Shown here piece after piece: positions 1 to 9,900 of a stretch of 64,000 nt of DNA. The stretch covers positions 338,384-402,383 of IMG/VR virus record IMGVR_UViG_3300027985_000918; one strand, 5' to 3'. A program made the translations under genes and the position numbers. How positions within the stretch are numbered: the first letter of the stretch is position 1; the number at the start of each line of letters is the position of its first letter. The notes beneath the pieces are model-generated. The model worked only from the letters and a program-made list of their open reading frames with translations, did not search any database and was not told where the DNA came from.

Positions 1-5
1 CTCCT

Positions 6-419
6 TCAGTAAGCCACAACCCCTTTCTCTCGGGGACGTTTTTCGATGTCGGAGATCCAGAAGACATGCTCGTCGCCCCCAACCTCATCCAAAGGCAAGC
101 AGATGATCTTCTCGTAGTACGGGAAAGGCGGGGCGTTTACGCCCCCGCACTCCCGATCCCACCACTCCTGGAAGTTGCTGCCGCTGCTGTGAACTTGTGC
201 CGATTTGACTTCTTCACAGTCCAAAAAGGCCTTCGCCTTCTCATACCCGGCGAGGGACTTGAACAGGAAATATGCGTTGTACCACCCCGGAGAGGGATAC
301 GGGCCATTGTCGCCGCCGCCACACGCATTGGAGTGGTACTGGGTGATTACCTGAACCTCCACCCCCTGATCCCGTATCCTTTGCGCCCAGCCCACGATCT
401 TTTTCTTCGAGTAATTCAT
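6..419 (-). CDS. Hypothetical protein (137 aa)
   Basis: ORF on the dominant coding strand after the capsid operon terminator, with an AAGGAAG RBS-like sequence upstream; no recognisable motif. Confidence 0.55.
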   Translation of the reverse strand: MNYSKKKIVGWAQRIRDQGVEVQVITQYHSNACGGGDNGPYPSPGWYNAYFLFKSLAGYEKAKAFLDCEEVKSAQVHSSGSNFQEWWDRECGGVNAPPFPYYEKIICLPLDEVGGDEHVFWISDIEKRPREKGVVAY

Positions 420-586
420 GCTAGACTTCCTTAGACGGGAAGGCCGTCGTTGATGATCAATCCCCCCACTCTATTGTTTTCACAGGAGATCCTGTATCAG
501 GGAATGCCCCAGAAGGCAACATCTTTTTTGACCCTTCCGAGCAAGCCTTTCAATCGGAAAAGGACGGGGGGCGGGTCTTGAAAACA

Positions 587-622
587 CAAAAAAGCCTCCC
601 CAGCCATGAGGCCGGGGAGGCT
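587..622 (-). terminator. Rho-independent terminator after major capsid gene
   Basis: 9-bp perfect stem AGCCTCCCC/GGGGAGGCT (593-601 and 614-622) with further pairing, followed by a T6 tract on the minus strand. Confidence 0.85.
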
Positions 623-665
623 CCTTGCAGGCCCCCTTTTCAGGGAACCTTAGTCAGGCCGCCGA

Positions 666-1538
666 TCAGCGGGTGACGGTCAGGCGGGCCAGGCCACGGG
701 GGTTGTAGGCCCCGATGCCGAGGTTCTCAAACACAGAGAACCCGATGGTGCGGGCCTTGGGGTCGTCCGCCGAGAGGACGGTCAGCTCGGTACGGACCGG
801 AATGCGACCGAAGTGCTCGGCTTCGCAGCACAGGTACACGGTCCCGACCGGAACGAGGCGGCTGACGACGATCTGGGCGCCGTAGATGACACCCATGAGA
901 CCCGTCTTCAGCAGGACCGCCTGGGTTTCGATGTCCAGAATGTCCCGACCGAACTTACGGATGTCGGCATAGTCACGGGCATTCATGTACACCCGGGCCA
1001 CACGGAGGTCCCAGCGTTCGATCAGGGCAAAGGCATCGGCCAGCACCGCACCGGAGATCGGAGCGATGACGGGGATGTCCGGGTTAAGCTGACCCGGCAG
1101 GCTGTCGAACCCGGCGGTGGCGATGGAGTCCATGATGGCGAAGACACGCTCGTCCTCGGCAGCCTGGACCTGCGCCCGAGCCAGATCCTGAGCACGCTCG
1201 ATGAGATCGAAACGGCGCTCCTTGATCTGGGTGAGCGGGATCTCCGGGTTCGAGGCGATCTCGAACAGGGGGAAGATCACACGCCTGGGCTTCGTGATCG
1301 CCAGGATGTTCTGACCCTCTTCCCCTAGGACAAAGGCGGTGACATCCGGGTCCTTGTCGTAGATGGGGAGGGCCCCATCCGGAAGCTGTTCCACAAGGAA
1401 CGTCTTGCGCCCGACGGCAGCGTAGTCACGCCGGGTGCGGAGGGGCGACGTCATGCTGGCGGCCAACTTCGCCCGTCCCATCGGGGTCTGGATCAGCTCG
1501 CCAATCAGACGCTGCTTAACTGCGTTGGTGATGGCCAT
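666..1538 (-). CDS. Major capsid protein (probable HK97 fold, 290 aa)
   Basis: Last gene of the head operon, followed by a strong terminator. The sequence pattern (GRAKLAASM..PLR..RDY..VGRKTFLVEQLPDGALPIYDKD; FEIASNPEI; GFSVFENLGIGAYNPRG) resembles phage capsid proteins, recognised from memory. Confidence 0.8.
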   Translation of the reverse strand: MAITNAVKQRLIGELIQTPMGRAKLAASMTSPLRTRRDYAAVGRKTFLVEQLPDGALPIYDKDPDVTAFVLGEEGQNILAITKPRRVIFPLFEIASNPEIPLTQIKERRFDLIERAQDLARAQVQAAEDERVFAIMDSIATAGFDSLPGQLNPDIPVIAPISGAVLADAFALIERWDLRVARVYMNARDYADIRKFGRDILDIETQAVLLKTGLMGVIYGAQIVVSRLVPVGTVYLCCEAEHFGRIPVRTELTVLSADDPKARTIGFSVFENLGIGAYNPRGLARLTVTR

Positions 1539-1564
1539 GGTAGTTCTCTCCTTCTCCCGTCGGG

Positions 1565-2260
1565 TCAGATACGCTGGTCATAGACCAGTTCGTTCTGGGT
1601 GGCGTCCGGGGCCATCTTCAGCAGGCCCACGAGAGTGGCGCTGGCGTTGGCGTTATGGACGAACGACTCGGCGGACATGGCGATCACGTCTGCGTTGTCA
1701 CGGCCCCCATCCGTACCGATCACCTCGGTCGGCATGAGGAAACCGTTGCGGCTGCTCATGAGCCTCATCCCGGCGATGTAGGTGATAGCCGCACCGGCCG
1801 GGCTATTGACAGCGTCGGCAGAGTTGGCGATCAGAGCCGTCTCGAACAGACCGTTCCCGTGTGTTCCGTTGCTGGACACGTAGGTGTTCTTGCCGGAGGC
1901 GGTCCCGGGGGTGTTCTCGAAGGCGTTCCCGTTGGCCGAGTTGATGAACACGCCGAGCGCCCGGAAACCGATGGCCTGGGCGTTGGCGGCTGCAAGGGCG
2001 ACCTGGACGGCGTTAGAGCCGGGGCCACCGATGAAGTTGGAGCCGCCGTCCGGACGGACGAAGGCGACGGAACCGGAGAGGACTCCGGTGAGGGTGGTGT
2101 CCACCTGATCCGAGACGTTGGTCGCCACGGCGGTGGGATTGGCCTGGGTGAACGCATCGGCCGTCAGGACGCCAATTGCGTTCCGCACACCAATGTGCAG
2201 GGGACGCAGCGCCGAAGACGACTCGGTCCAACCACCGCTGGCCTGTCCGAGAAGGGGCAT
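1565..2260 (-). CDS. Probable head decoration / minor capsid protein (231 aa)
   Basis: Ala/Gly/Asn-rich, immediately upstream of and co-transcribed with the MCP; good AGGAG RBS. Function inferred from position. Confidence 0.55.
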   Translation of the reverse strand: MPLLGQASGGWTESSSALRPLHIGVRNAIGVLTADAFTQANPTAVATNVSDQVDTTLTGVLSGSVAFVRPDGGSNFIGGPGSNAVQVALAAANAQAIGFRALGVFINSANGNAFENTPGTASGKNTYVSSNGTHGNGLFETALIANSADAVNSPAGAAITYIAGMRLMSSRNGFLMPTEVIGTDGGRDNADVIAMSAESFVHNANASATLVGLLKMAPDATQNELVYDQRI

Positions 2261-2330
2261 GATTTCCTCCGTTCTCCTTGTTTACAGGAGTTGGGTGATA
2301 CAGAGCCGCCACCCACCTCGGATGGCAGCG

Positions 2331-2366
2331 CCTACTGATATGTGGGGTGCATAGGCACTCTATTGA
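2331..2366 (-). promoter_or_regulatory. Putative phage late promoter for decoration + MCP operon
   Basis: Minus-strand CAATAGAGTGCCTATG..CATATCAGTAGG directly after a terminator; TCAGTAG/TCGGTAG recurs upstream of other structural genes. Confidence 0.45.
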
Positions 2367-2376
2367 GCAACCCCCC

Positions 2377-2415
2377 AGAAAAAAGAAGGCCCGGCCGAGA
2401 AACGGCCGGGCCTTC
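2377..2415 (-). terminator. Rho-independent terminator after scaffold-like gene
   Basis: 13-bp perfect stem GAAGGCCCGGCCG/CGGCCGGGCCTTC (2385-2397 and 2403-2415), 5-nt loop, T-tract on the minus strand. Confidence 0.9.
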
Positions 2416-2451
2416 GAGGATTCCAAAAGGAGGTTGGAACCCCTTGGGAGA

Positions 2452-3978
2452 TCAGTCCTCGATCCCAAACGCCTTGTTCACGTTGGGGGCGGACTTCCAC
2501 AAATCGGACAGGTTATCCACCCTGCTGGAGGCAGTACGAGTCTGGTGACCCAGGCTCGTCACCCCCGTGCTAGCACGGCGGGGCTGCGGGAGCAGATCCA
2601 GATCCTCGCTCGCCTGGTGGCCGGGAAGGCCAGACGAGAAAATCTCGTCCAACAGGGCTTCGTCTGCGGCGGAGAGATGGATGCCCTGACCTTTGCTCAG
2701 ACCCATCGGGTCGTGGCCGGAAACGTCGAAGAGGCTGGCGGTCTTGCCGTCTTCGCCCTCGTCTTCGCCTTCGCCCTCGCCCTCGCCCTCGTCTTCGCCT
2801 TCGCCCTCGCCCTCGTCTTCGCCCTCGTCTTCATCCTCCATGGACTTCTTACCGGCCTTCTTGTCCTTCTCCCAGGGCTTCTCGTCCTTATCGTCGTCGT
2901 CCTTGTCGTCGTCCTTTTTCCAGTTCTTCTTGAAGGCCTCGGGAACCTCGCCCGCCAGGACCATCTCCCCGCAAGCGTTCAGCATCCCGACTTCACCCTC
3001 AGTGAAGTCTTCCGCCATCGCCAACAGGTCCTCCGACGGATCGAACATGGAACCCATCATCTCGTCGCAGGCCACGATGCCGTCACGATCGGTGTCCAGA
3101 GCAGCGAACAGAGCCTTCGAGCCGGTCCAGTCGGCGCCGAGAACGAACCCATCCTCGCCACCGCCGTGCTGGGCGAAGTAGGTGGCGATGCGGTTCTTGA
3201 GACTGGCAAATTTCCGGGAACCCGACTTGGGCTCACCCTTGCCAGGGGCGTCCGCCTCGTCACGCTCCTCCTTCTCCTCCTCCTCGGACTCCGCCGGAGG
3301 GTCGTTCTGGTCGGCGCCCTTGAGCTGAGCCTTCAGGCTGCGAAGCTCCGCCGCCATGTGCTGCAGCATGCCCATGACGTCGTCTCCGGGACCCTCGAAA
3401 TCGTCGGCATACATGCCATCATCAATGTCCATCACACCCAGGTCGTCATCCATCATGCCCATGTCGTCGTCGAACATGTCGTCGTCGTCGTCGAACCCGC
3501 CGAGGAACATGTCATCATCCATCGCCATGAACCCGCCGCCGAGGCGCTTGAGGCTCGACTCGATGAACTTGTCCGGCAAATCCATCATGTCGAGGGCCTG
3601 GGACTCTACCTTGTCCTGGGAGGCCGCCTTGCCGAGCTGGTGCCGGGCGAGGACGAGACACTTAGCCGCCTTACTCGTGATCTGAGCGGACAGAGCAGCA
3701 TCCTTCGGGACCCGGGGGTTCCGCTTGTGGGCGGGATGATCCTGGTCCTCGGAGTCATAGCCCGGAACCGCCGGGGGGTTGCCCTCAGGGTAAGGAGGCC
3801 GGCGAACGTCCTCATTCCAGGATGACGTGTCCCCGTTCTCGTACTGGTGGACGCCCGGATCATCCTGCGAGTGTGCAGGGTGGTCCTGGTCTTCCTTGCC
3901 GTAGCCGGGGACTGCGGGAGGGGCAGACGCCTTGCGGCTCGCCTGACCCCACGTAGTGCGATTGCGCTTGAAGCTCAT
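2452..3978 (-). CDS. Acidic scaffold-like head protein with EF-hand-like loop (508 aa)
   Basis: Between protease and capsid genes; very acidic, low-complexity D/E/G and M/D tracts, duplicated PPAVPGYxxEDQDHPAH, loop DTDRDGIVACDE. Confidence 0.6.
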   Translation of the reverse strand: MSFKRNRTTWGQASRKASAPPAVPGYGKEDQDHPAHSQDDPGVHQYENGDTSSWNEDVRRPPYPEGNPPAVPGYDSEDQDHPAHKRNPRVPKDAALSAQITSKAAKCLVLARHQLGKAASQDKVESQALDMMDLPDKFIESSLKRLGGGFMAMDDDMFLGGFDDDDDMFDDDMGMMDDDLGVMDIDDGMYADDFEGPGDDVMGMLQHMAAELRSLKAQLKGADQNDPPAESEEEEKEERDEADAPGKGEPKSGSRKFASLKNRIATYFAQHGGGEDGFVLGADWTGSKALFAALDTDRDGIVACDEMMGSMFDPSEDLLAMAEDFTEGEVGMLNACGEMVLAGEVPEAFKKNWKKDDDKDDDDKDEKPWEKDKKAGKKSMEDEDEGEDEGEGEGEDEGEGEGEGEDEGEDGKTASLFDVSGHDPMGLSKGQGIHLSAADEALLDEIFSSGLPGHQASEDLDLLPQPRRASTGVTSLGHQTRTASSRVDNLSDLWKSAPNVNKAFGIED

Positions 3979-4010
3979 CGTGGTTCTCCTGTGGCGTACT
4001 GCCAGGGTTC

Positions 4011-5561
4011 TCAGTGCTGTCCCCGGAGGGCCTGGCCCCTCCGAGACATGATGTTGCCGAGCCGCAGGAACACCCTGGCCTCAGCGGTACTGGGCTTGCG
4101 CCCAAGGGCGGAGGCACAAGCCCCCAGGTAATCACGACCCGTACTGTACCCACTGGGGGCTCCCGCCCTCAGAACGGCCCGGTACAAGTTCCTATCGATC
4201 TCGATGCCAGCAGCCTTGTCCAGCGTTGCCACCCCCTCAATGAGAGCGATGTCCGAGCTGGCCGTCCTGGCCAATACCCGGATAGCAGCTTCGTGCTGGA
4301 CGGTATCGTTGGGTGCCGTGGAGTCGTTGACCGCACGGGATGTGTCTTCCTCCCGCATCTGGTCCTTGATCTTCCGCTTCACCCGATCCTGCATGTACTG
4401 GGTGAGCTCTTCCTCGGTCTCCTGGAGGGGAGACCCAGACTGAGCCGGGGCAACAGCGCCACCCTCACCTTCGTCCTCACCCACCTCGTCGCCCTCATCC
4501 TCCCATCCGGCAATGAAACTGTCTCTCCCCACCGCAAGAACATCCGAGTCCGTCAGAGGACCAGATGTGACCCTTCCCACCACACGAGCGTCCTGGTGGA
4601 AACGATCCTCCAAGATGCTAATGTCCGTGGCGGAACGCCCCATTGTGGCAGCACGCTGCATCTGGTTGGCATCCCACTCCGGGGGCGGGGAGTTGAGAAC
4701 CTTGGCAGCCCTGTCGAGCATAACCTGGGTAGGTTCCAACACGTTCCGCAGGACTGCTCCCGTGAACGCTGGAGTTTCCACCCAACTTGCCTCGATGAAC
4801 CGCACACCGCCAGTGGGATCGATGCTATCGTGCCCACACAACTCCGCCACACGGTGCTGGCGGCCCAACTCGTCATAGAACACGGTGCCCTTGGCATACT
4901 TGATATGGGCACACATCTCAGTTTCGTCGGCAGCCCAGTGTCCACACTTGGTACAAATCGTGCCATCCACCGTACAGCCCATGGACATAGTGCCCATCTT
5001 TCCGGACTCAATGGCCTTAACCAGCTCAGTGTGCTTGCGGTCCGTGGCAACGAGGATGTCAATGTAAATGCTATCCCCGATATCACGGGCCACGGCGTCG
5101 ATGATCCGACCCCGGGACTGTGATTCGATCTGAACGTGCTCAACGAAGTTGTGCCCGCCCACAAACGTCTCGAACGCCTTGAGCAAAACCGGGCGGCTCC
5201 AGGCATCGAGGTTGTTGTTGATGAACTTGTCGCAGACCGGCTTTACCCGGTAATCCCCATACCTGCGGTTCACTCGGAACCCATCCTCCATCTGGTGGCC
5301 GAGCTTAACCCCCTGGGGGGACTCGACATCGACCGACGCCACAATGGTGGCATGGGTCAGGAGGAAATTCTTGGGGTTGAACGGCTTACCCAAGAGTTGA
5401 GTGGCCCGTTCCACCAGGTTGCTGGCCATGGCGACCTTGGTGGGCCTGAAATCCTTGGCGATCTTCCCGCTCTGCCTTGCAGCAGCTCGGACATTGCCCC
5501 ACTGCTTCCGCCCAATTGACGGATTGGCGATTGTGGCATAGGCGTACTTCATCATCGGCAT
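4011..5561 (-). CDS. Prohead (maturation) protease with Cys/His-rich insertion (516 aa)
   Basis: NNNLDAW..L..FETF.G.HNFVEH, GRIIDA, SMGC..CTKCG..CAH, FIEASWVETPAFTGA: layout of HK97/herpes-like prohead proteases; head-module position. Confidence 0.7.
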   Translation of the reverse strand: MPMMKYAYATIANPSIGRKQWGNVRAAARQSGKIAKDFRPTKVAMASNLVERATQLLGKPFNPKNFLLTHATIVASVDVESPQGVKLGHQMEDGFRVNRRYGDYRVKPVCDKFINNNLDAWSRPVLLKAFETFVGGHNFVEHVQIESQSRGRIIDAVARDIGDSIYIDILVATDRKHTELVKAIESGKMGTMSMGCTVDGTICTKCGHWAADETEMCAHIKYAKGTVFYDELGRQHRVAELCGHDSIDPTGGVRFIEASWVETPAFTGAVLRNVLEPTQVMLDRAAKVLNSPPPEWDANQMQRAATMGRSATDISILEDRFHQDARVVGRVTSGPLTDSDVLAVGRDSFIAGWEDEGDEVGEDEGEGGAVAPAQSGSPLQETEEELTQYMQDRVKRKIKDQMREEDTSRAVNDSTAPNDTVQHEAAIRVLARTASSDIALIEGVATLDKAAGIEIDRNLYRAVLRAGAPSGYSTGRDYLGACASALGRKPSTAEARVFLRLGNIMSRRGQALRGQH

Positions 5562-5564
5562 GGA

Positions 5565-6200
5565 TCAGCCCTCCATCATGCGCTGGCGGGCCAACCGGAT
5601 ACTGGCGAACGGCTTAGAGGCTGCCTCTGCCTCAGCCACATCGTCGATGTACTCCGGGTGACCGATGATGTCACACTCCTTGACCAAGAACAGGCACTCC
5701 GGGCACCCAAGCAGCCGCTCGCTCACCCCCCCCTGCCTCTTGTAGGAGGCGGGGCGGAGGATGGCTTCCTTGCACTTTGGGCAGTTGAAATTGCCTGCAT
5801 CAATCTCCGTCTGGGTTGCCTTGTAGTGGCGATCCTTGGCGGCCCAGTAGAGGGACTTCTTGACGAACGCCTGGGCAACCCGGGCGGCGCTCTCAGGGGT
5901 GAGACTGGCGGCCTTGGGGCCGCCGGGGACGCTGACCGTCCCGGCACCCCCGGGCACGTTATCATGCTCGGGGTCTGCGGGGATCACGTCCTTCTGCTCA
6001 TACCGCTGAAGCTCTTCGACTGGTTTGCGCTCGGACCCGTGAGGCCACTCCACATCCACCATGCCAATGGCGGGATAGACCGTCGTGACACGGCCGATTA
6101 GGTCATGGTTGCCGCTCAGGAATGGGTATACCCGGTCACCAACCTCAAACTCCAAAGCCCGCTGTTGGTAATCCACATATGCAGAGCGGTCGTTACTCAC
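5565..6200 (-). CDS. Virion-type protein, N-terminal SH3/KOW-like barrel plus C-terminal Zn ribbon (211 aa)
   Basis: FEVGDRVYP..GRVTTVYP..VDVEW pattern; CPKC..CPEC; carries KAAS and RVAQAF motifs between the domains. Confidence 0.6.
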   Translation of the reverse strand: MSNDRSAYVDYQQRALEFEVGDRVYPFLSGNHDLIGRVTTVYPAIGMVDVEWPHGSERKPVEELQRYEQKDVIPADPEHDNVPGGAGTVSVPGGPKAASLTPESAARVAQAFVKKSLYWAAKDRHYKATQTEIDAGNFNCPKCKEAILRPASYKRQGGVSERLLGCPECLFLVKECDIIGHPEYIDDVAEAEAASKPFASIRLARQRMMEG

Positions 6201-6224
6201 GATGACCTCTCCCGGATTCTCTGA

Positions 6225-6860
6225 TCAGGAGAACAGGTTGAACCCGTGGCTGGCCTTCTTGCCGGCGTCCTTCTCGTCGTCCTCGTCCTCGCCGTCAGAA
6301 GCCCAACGGCTACCGGCCTTCTTGCCAGCGTCCTTCTCGTCGTCCTCGTCCTCGTCGTCTGAAGAAGACTTGATGACGCCCGTGGCGAGTTCGAGAGCCT
6401 TGGCAGCCTTGGCAGCCCCTGCGGGGGTCAACTTGGCGCTCTTCAGAGCGGCCAACAGAGCCTTGAAGTTGGCCTGGACACCAGGGTTGGCGGGCTGAGG
6501 ATCGAGGTCCGGTGCGGCGATGTTGCCACTCTCGACCTCCTCTCGAAGCTCCCGGCGCTCCTGCTGGGAAAACTCACCCCTCATGTAGGACTCATCCGAG
6601 TCACCCTCCAGGGGGCCGGCCTTCTCGACACCAATCTCGGAGGGATTGAAATCGGCGTTCTTGAGATTGCCCTTCTGATCTCGCACCAGCCCGGCGGTCC
6701 GCTCGATGCGGTCGGCCAAAAGGTCGCACCGATGAGCGAAATCGGAAGCCACCTTCTCGGGGATGCCGAGAGAAGTGTGCTCCATCTGGATGAGGGTGGC
6801 AATGCGATCCAGAGCGGCGCTAGCCTGGAATGCGCCCTTCTTTGTGATGCTCTTGGGCAT
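6225..6860 (-). CDS. Hypothetical head protein with duplicated acidic C-terminal tail
   Basis: Start moved to ATG at 6860 (MPKSITKKGA) behind a GGAG RBS; tail has DEDEDDEKDAGKKA twice. Confidence 0.6.
   Translation of the reverse strand: MPKSITKKGAFQASAALDRIATLIQMEHTSLGIPEKVASDFAHRCDLLADRIERTAGLVRDQKGNLKNADFNPSEIGVEKAGPLEGDSDESYMRGEFSQQERRELREEVESGNIAAPDLDPQPANPGVQANFKALLAALKSAKLTPAGAAKAAKALELATGVIKSSSDDEDEDDEKDAGKKAGSRWASDGEDEDDEKDAGKKASHGFNLFS
6252..6354. repeat. 40-bp direct repeat (2 copies, 63-bp period), coding
   Basis: ggccttcttgcc(g/a)gcgtccttctcgtcgtcctcgtcctcg at 6252-6291 and 6315-6354, one mismatch. Confidence 0.85.
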
Positions 6861-6979
6861 GTCTTCGTGCTCCTGTTCCATCAAGACCTCAACCAAGTAT
6901 CAGCTCGGGCATTCCAAGCCCTCCGCTGATATGGTCAAGGTATAGACGAAAGATTGAGAATCAGTGGTTCAAAACCCGT

Positions 6980-9900
6980 TCAACTGGGTAGTTCCTTGTC
7001 CTCTGTTACGGCCCTCATATACGCCCGGAACGCATCCGGTCTCATCTCCCGGATGCGCTTCCTCTCCTTGGGGTCGGTGACGTTTTTGAGCCATTCCTGC
7101 TTCTTCTGTTCCGGGGTCTTCTCAGGATTCTGCTTGTCTTCCCGGACCTTCCGACCGTCATCCTTCGGCTCGACCTTCTGATCGAGAACCGAGAGGTCTC
7201 CAGTCTCACTCACATGGCGGACCCGAGCTACGTTCGGATTCATCTTGTCGGGCACCGTTCCCGACAGCTTCTCTGCGGTAGACATCGTCAAACGCAGATC
7301 CTGAACCTGGACTCCCTCCCCTGCCTTTAGGCAGCTCTCCAGATCCTCCTGGGTCACAGCCTTGGCGATGCAGTGTGCCAGCTCATCGGCGGCCCCCTTG
7401 AGGGCCTTGTCGTCTGTCTTGGCCTGGCGTACCCTTTCGGCCAGACTCTCAGGGTCTGTGGTAGGCTTAGAAGTGGGCTTGGTTTTACCCTTCCCCTTCT
7501 CATCGGTCTCCTTCCCCTTGTGGAAAGCGTTCAGGAACCCTTGGGTTACAGTCATGTCGTTTAGGGCCAGCATCTTGAGCACATCTCGGGCGAACGCTCT
7601 CCCCTCTGCCGTGATGTGGTTGTCCTCATCATCATCCGTAAGAACCCTACCGATGGCCTCATAGGGGCTATTATCCCCTGCCACAGTTTCCACCAATTCA
7701 TCGTCCGACATGATGTCCAGAGCATCCCTGACCTTGACCCTCCCCTCAGGGCTGTACAAATCAGAAGCCCCCTTCAACAGTACGTCTTCGTCCCCAAGGA
7801 CAGCCAGAGACTGAGCCATCCTCTGGAAGCTCTTAGACATCTCCTCCGTGCCGGAGAGCTGGCGACCTTGTACAGCAGCGGCCAACATCATCCCCGACTT
7901 GATAGCATCCAGCTCGATGTACTCGTCTGATTCGGGGTCGGCCTTATCCAATTCCTGCTTGAGCTGGTCGGCAGCAGCATCCAGAAGCCCCGGCCCCGCC
8001 TTACGGAACTGGTGGTAAGCCTCAAGAGACCGCCCATGCAGCTCCTCCGCCGTTTTGTTGTTGTTGTTGACCGCCCGGCCACCAACAAGACGAGGGTTAG
8101 CCACCACCTTCGTGGCGAACACATACTCAGCCAGGCGCTTCGCTCGCACCTGGGGGGCAGCCTCCGCCAACCCCTTGGTCCCCCTCTTGAGAGCAGACTG
8201 AGCCCTCTTCAAGACATCCACAGTCAACCCCCCATCCTCCGCACGAGCGCTCAGAAGCTGTCCCATGTGAGAAGCATAAGCCTCTGCCAGCTCCTGCTTA
8301 GCGGAGGCCACATTCTTCTCGTACTCTGCCTTAAGCCTCTGGATATGATCCCGAACCCCCTGAGCACTCTCCTGATCTTCCGGAACCTCTGGGTACTCCG
8401 GCTCTTCCGGCCACAAATCACCCAGGTCCATTCCCTGGACGGCCTTGTCGAAATCAGCAAGCTGTCTCTGCTGCTTGGCCCTCTGCTGTTCCCGTTCCTT
8501 AACCTTTCGCTCTTCCGCTTGCTGGGCAGCGACCTCTGGATCTTCTTCCTCCTCACCTTCCCCGCCCCCTTCAGCCCTCCTCTTAGCGGATTCTTCATCG
8601 GGAGCCGACGTGGGCTGCTTGGACTTGGGAGGCCAAACACCCCAGCCGTTCTCCGTCTGCCAGTAGTCTCCCTCTTTGTGTTCAGCATCCTGTGGGACCT
8701 TCCCAGCAATGCGAATAGGAGGACCTGACAAGACCATCAACATCCGGTCACCGGCATCCGTGATAGCGGCAACCTTCTTGTAGTTCAGGGAGAGATCGGG
8801 ATCCTTCTCAGCCTTCCCCGTGTCGTCCACGTCCGGGTCATACTCGTCCATCCGATTGCGACGAAGGTCCTGCCGGGGAGGCTTCTTCGATGGCTTCGGA
8901 CGATTCATCCGCTCTACTTCCTCGTTCTCCTTCTCCCCCTCATCTTTGGTCGCCTGCCGGTACAGGTAAGCCGAAGCCACTCTCCCGGCTGCCTTCCTGA
9001 TCCACTCTGCAGCCAGGCGGAGGGACGTACTTGCCCCCTTGCCCAGCCGGACCGGATCTTCGTCAGAGCCCTTCTTGTCAAGACGTTTCATGACCTCGCC
9101 GGAGGCGAGGTACTTGTCGGCCAAACCGGGGACCAGGTACTGGCTCTTAAGGGTCGAGGGTTCATGGCCCACCGCCTTGGCGGTCTCTTTTAGAGCCTGC
9201 TCAAATTCCTTCTTGAGCAGCTTCCCCCGCTCCTTCTTATCCTCGGGCAGCTCCCCACCCTTGGAGCGGATATCCTTGAGACGGCTCTGCATCTCGGCAT
9301 TGGCGTGGTACCCCCGCATGTCCTTAGCGGTGATGCCGAAAGGCTCCAGGTACTCGTTCACGTCTTCGGCAGAGATATCCCCCGTTAGGCTGTCATTCTC
9401 CCCCTTTCCCTCTTTGGCGGCCTTGAGAGCCGACACCAAAGCCGGATCACTGACAACCTTCTCGTGACTCACGCCGGACTTGCCGACGTACTTGACGGTG
9501 ACTTTGTTGCCGGAAAAGGTCAGATGCTTGACCTTCCAACCTGTGACCCCATAGTGCCCATCCTCAGCAGACTCCTCATTGCCGACCCGCTCGTATGTCT
9601 CGTCCATGAGGCCAACAATCAGGGCCTTTAGCCGGGTGTCCTCGTCCTTGGACTTCAAATCCTTCGACACCTGCGCCCTCAGCTTGGTGATGGATCCACG
9701 TAGCTTCTCTACCTGCTTAGCCTTCTCTCGGTTCCGGAGTTCAATCTGGCCCTCGCTGTACTCGTAGACGGTCGTGGTCCCTTTGCCATCGGCCTTGGGG
9801 ACCTCCTTCTTCTTCTGATACTTGGCGGACACCCGAAGAACGGCCTCCTTAGAAAGCCCCCCCGCTGTTGCGGCGGCCTCATCGTAGCGGAGCTTGAACA

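Noticed and set aside
420-660. tRNA or ncRNA in the intergenic gaps (also 55979-56208)
   Set aside because: No cloverleaf or T-loop GTTCRA context recognised; the gaps are explained by terminator and promoter elements.
990-1015. RVARVY in the major capsid protein matching the R[VIL]Axx[YFWH] motif
   Set aside because: Internal to the folded capsid domain rather than at a terminus or linker; probably a chance match, and a reminder that the short motif has a background rate.
2745-2840. (GCCCTC/GTCTTC)n short tandem repeats, also the (GGGGACGA)n run near 56944-56990
   Set aside because: They encode acidic low-complexity Glu/Gly/Asp linkers; not evidence of a separate element.
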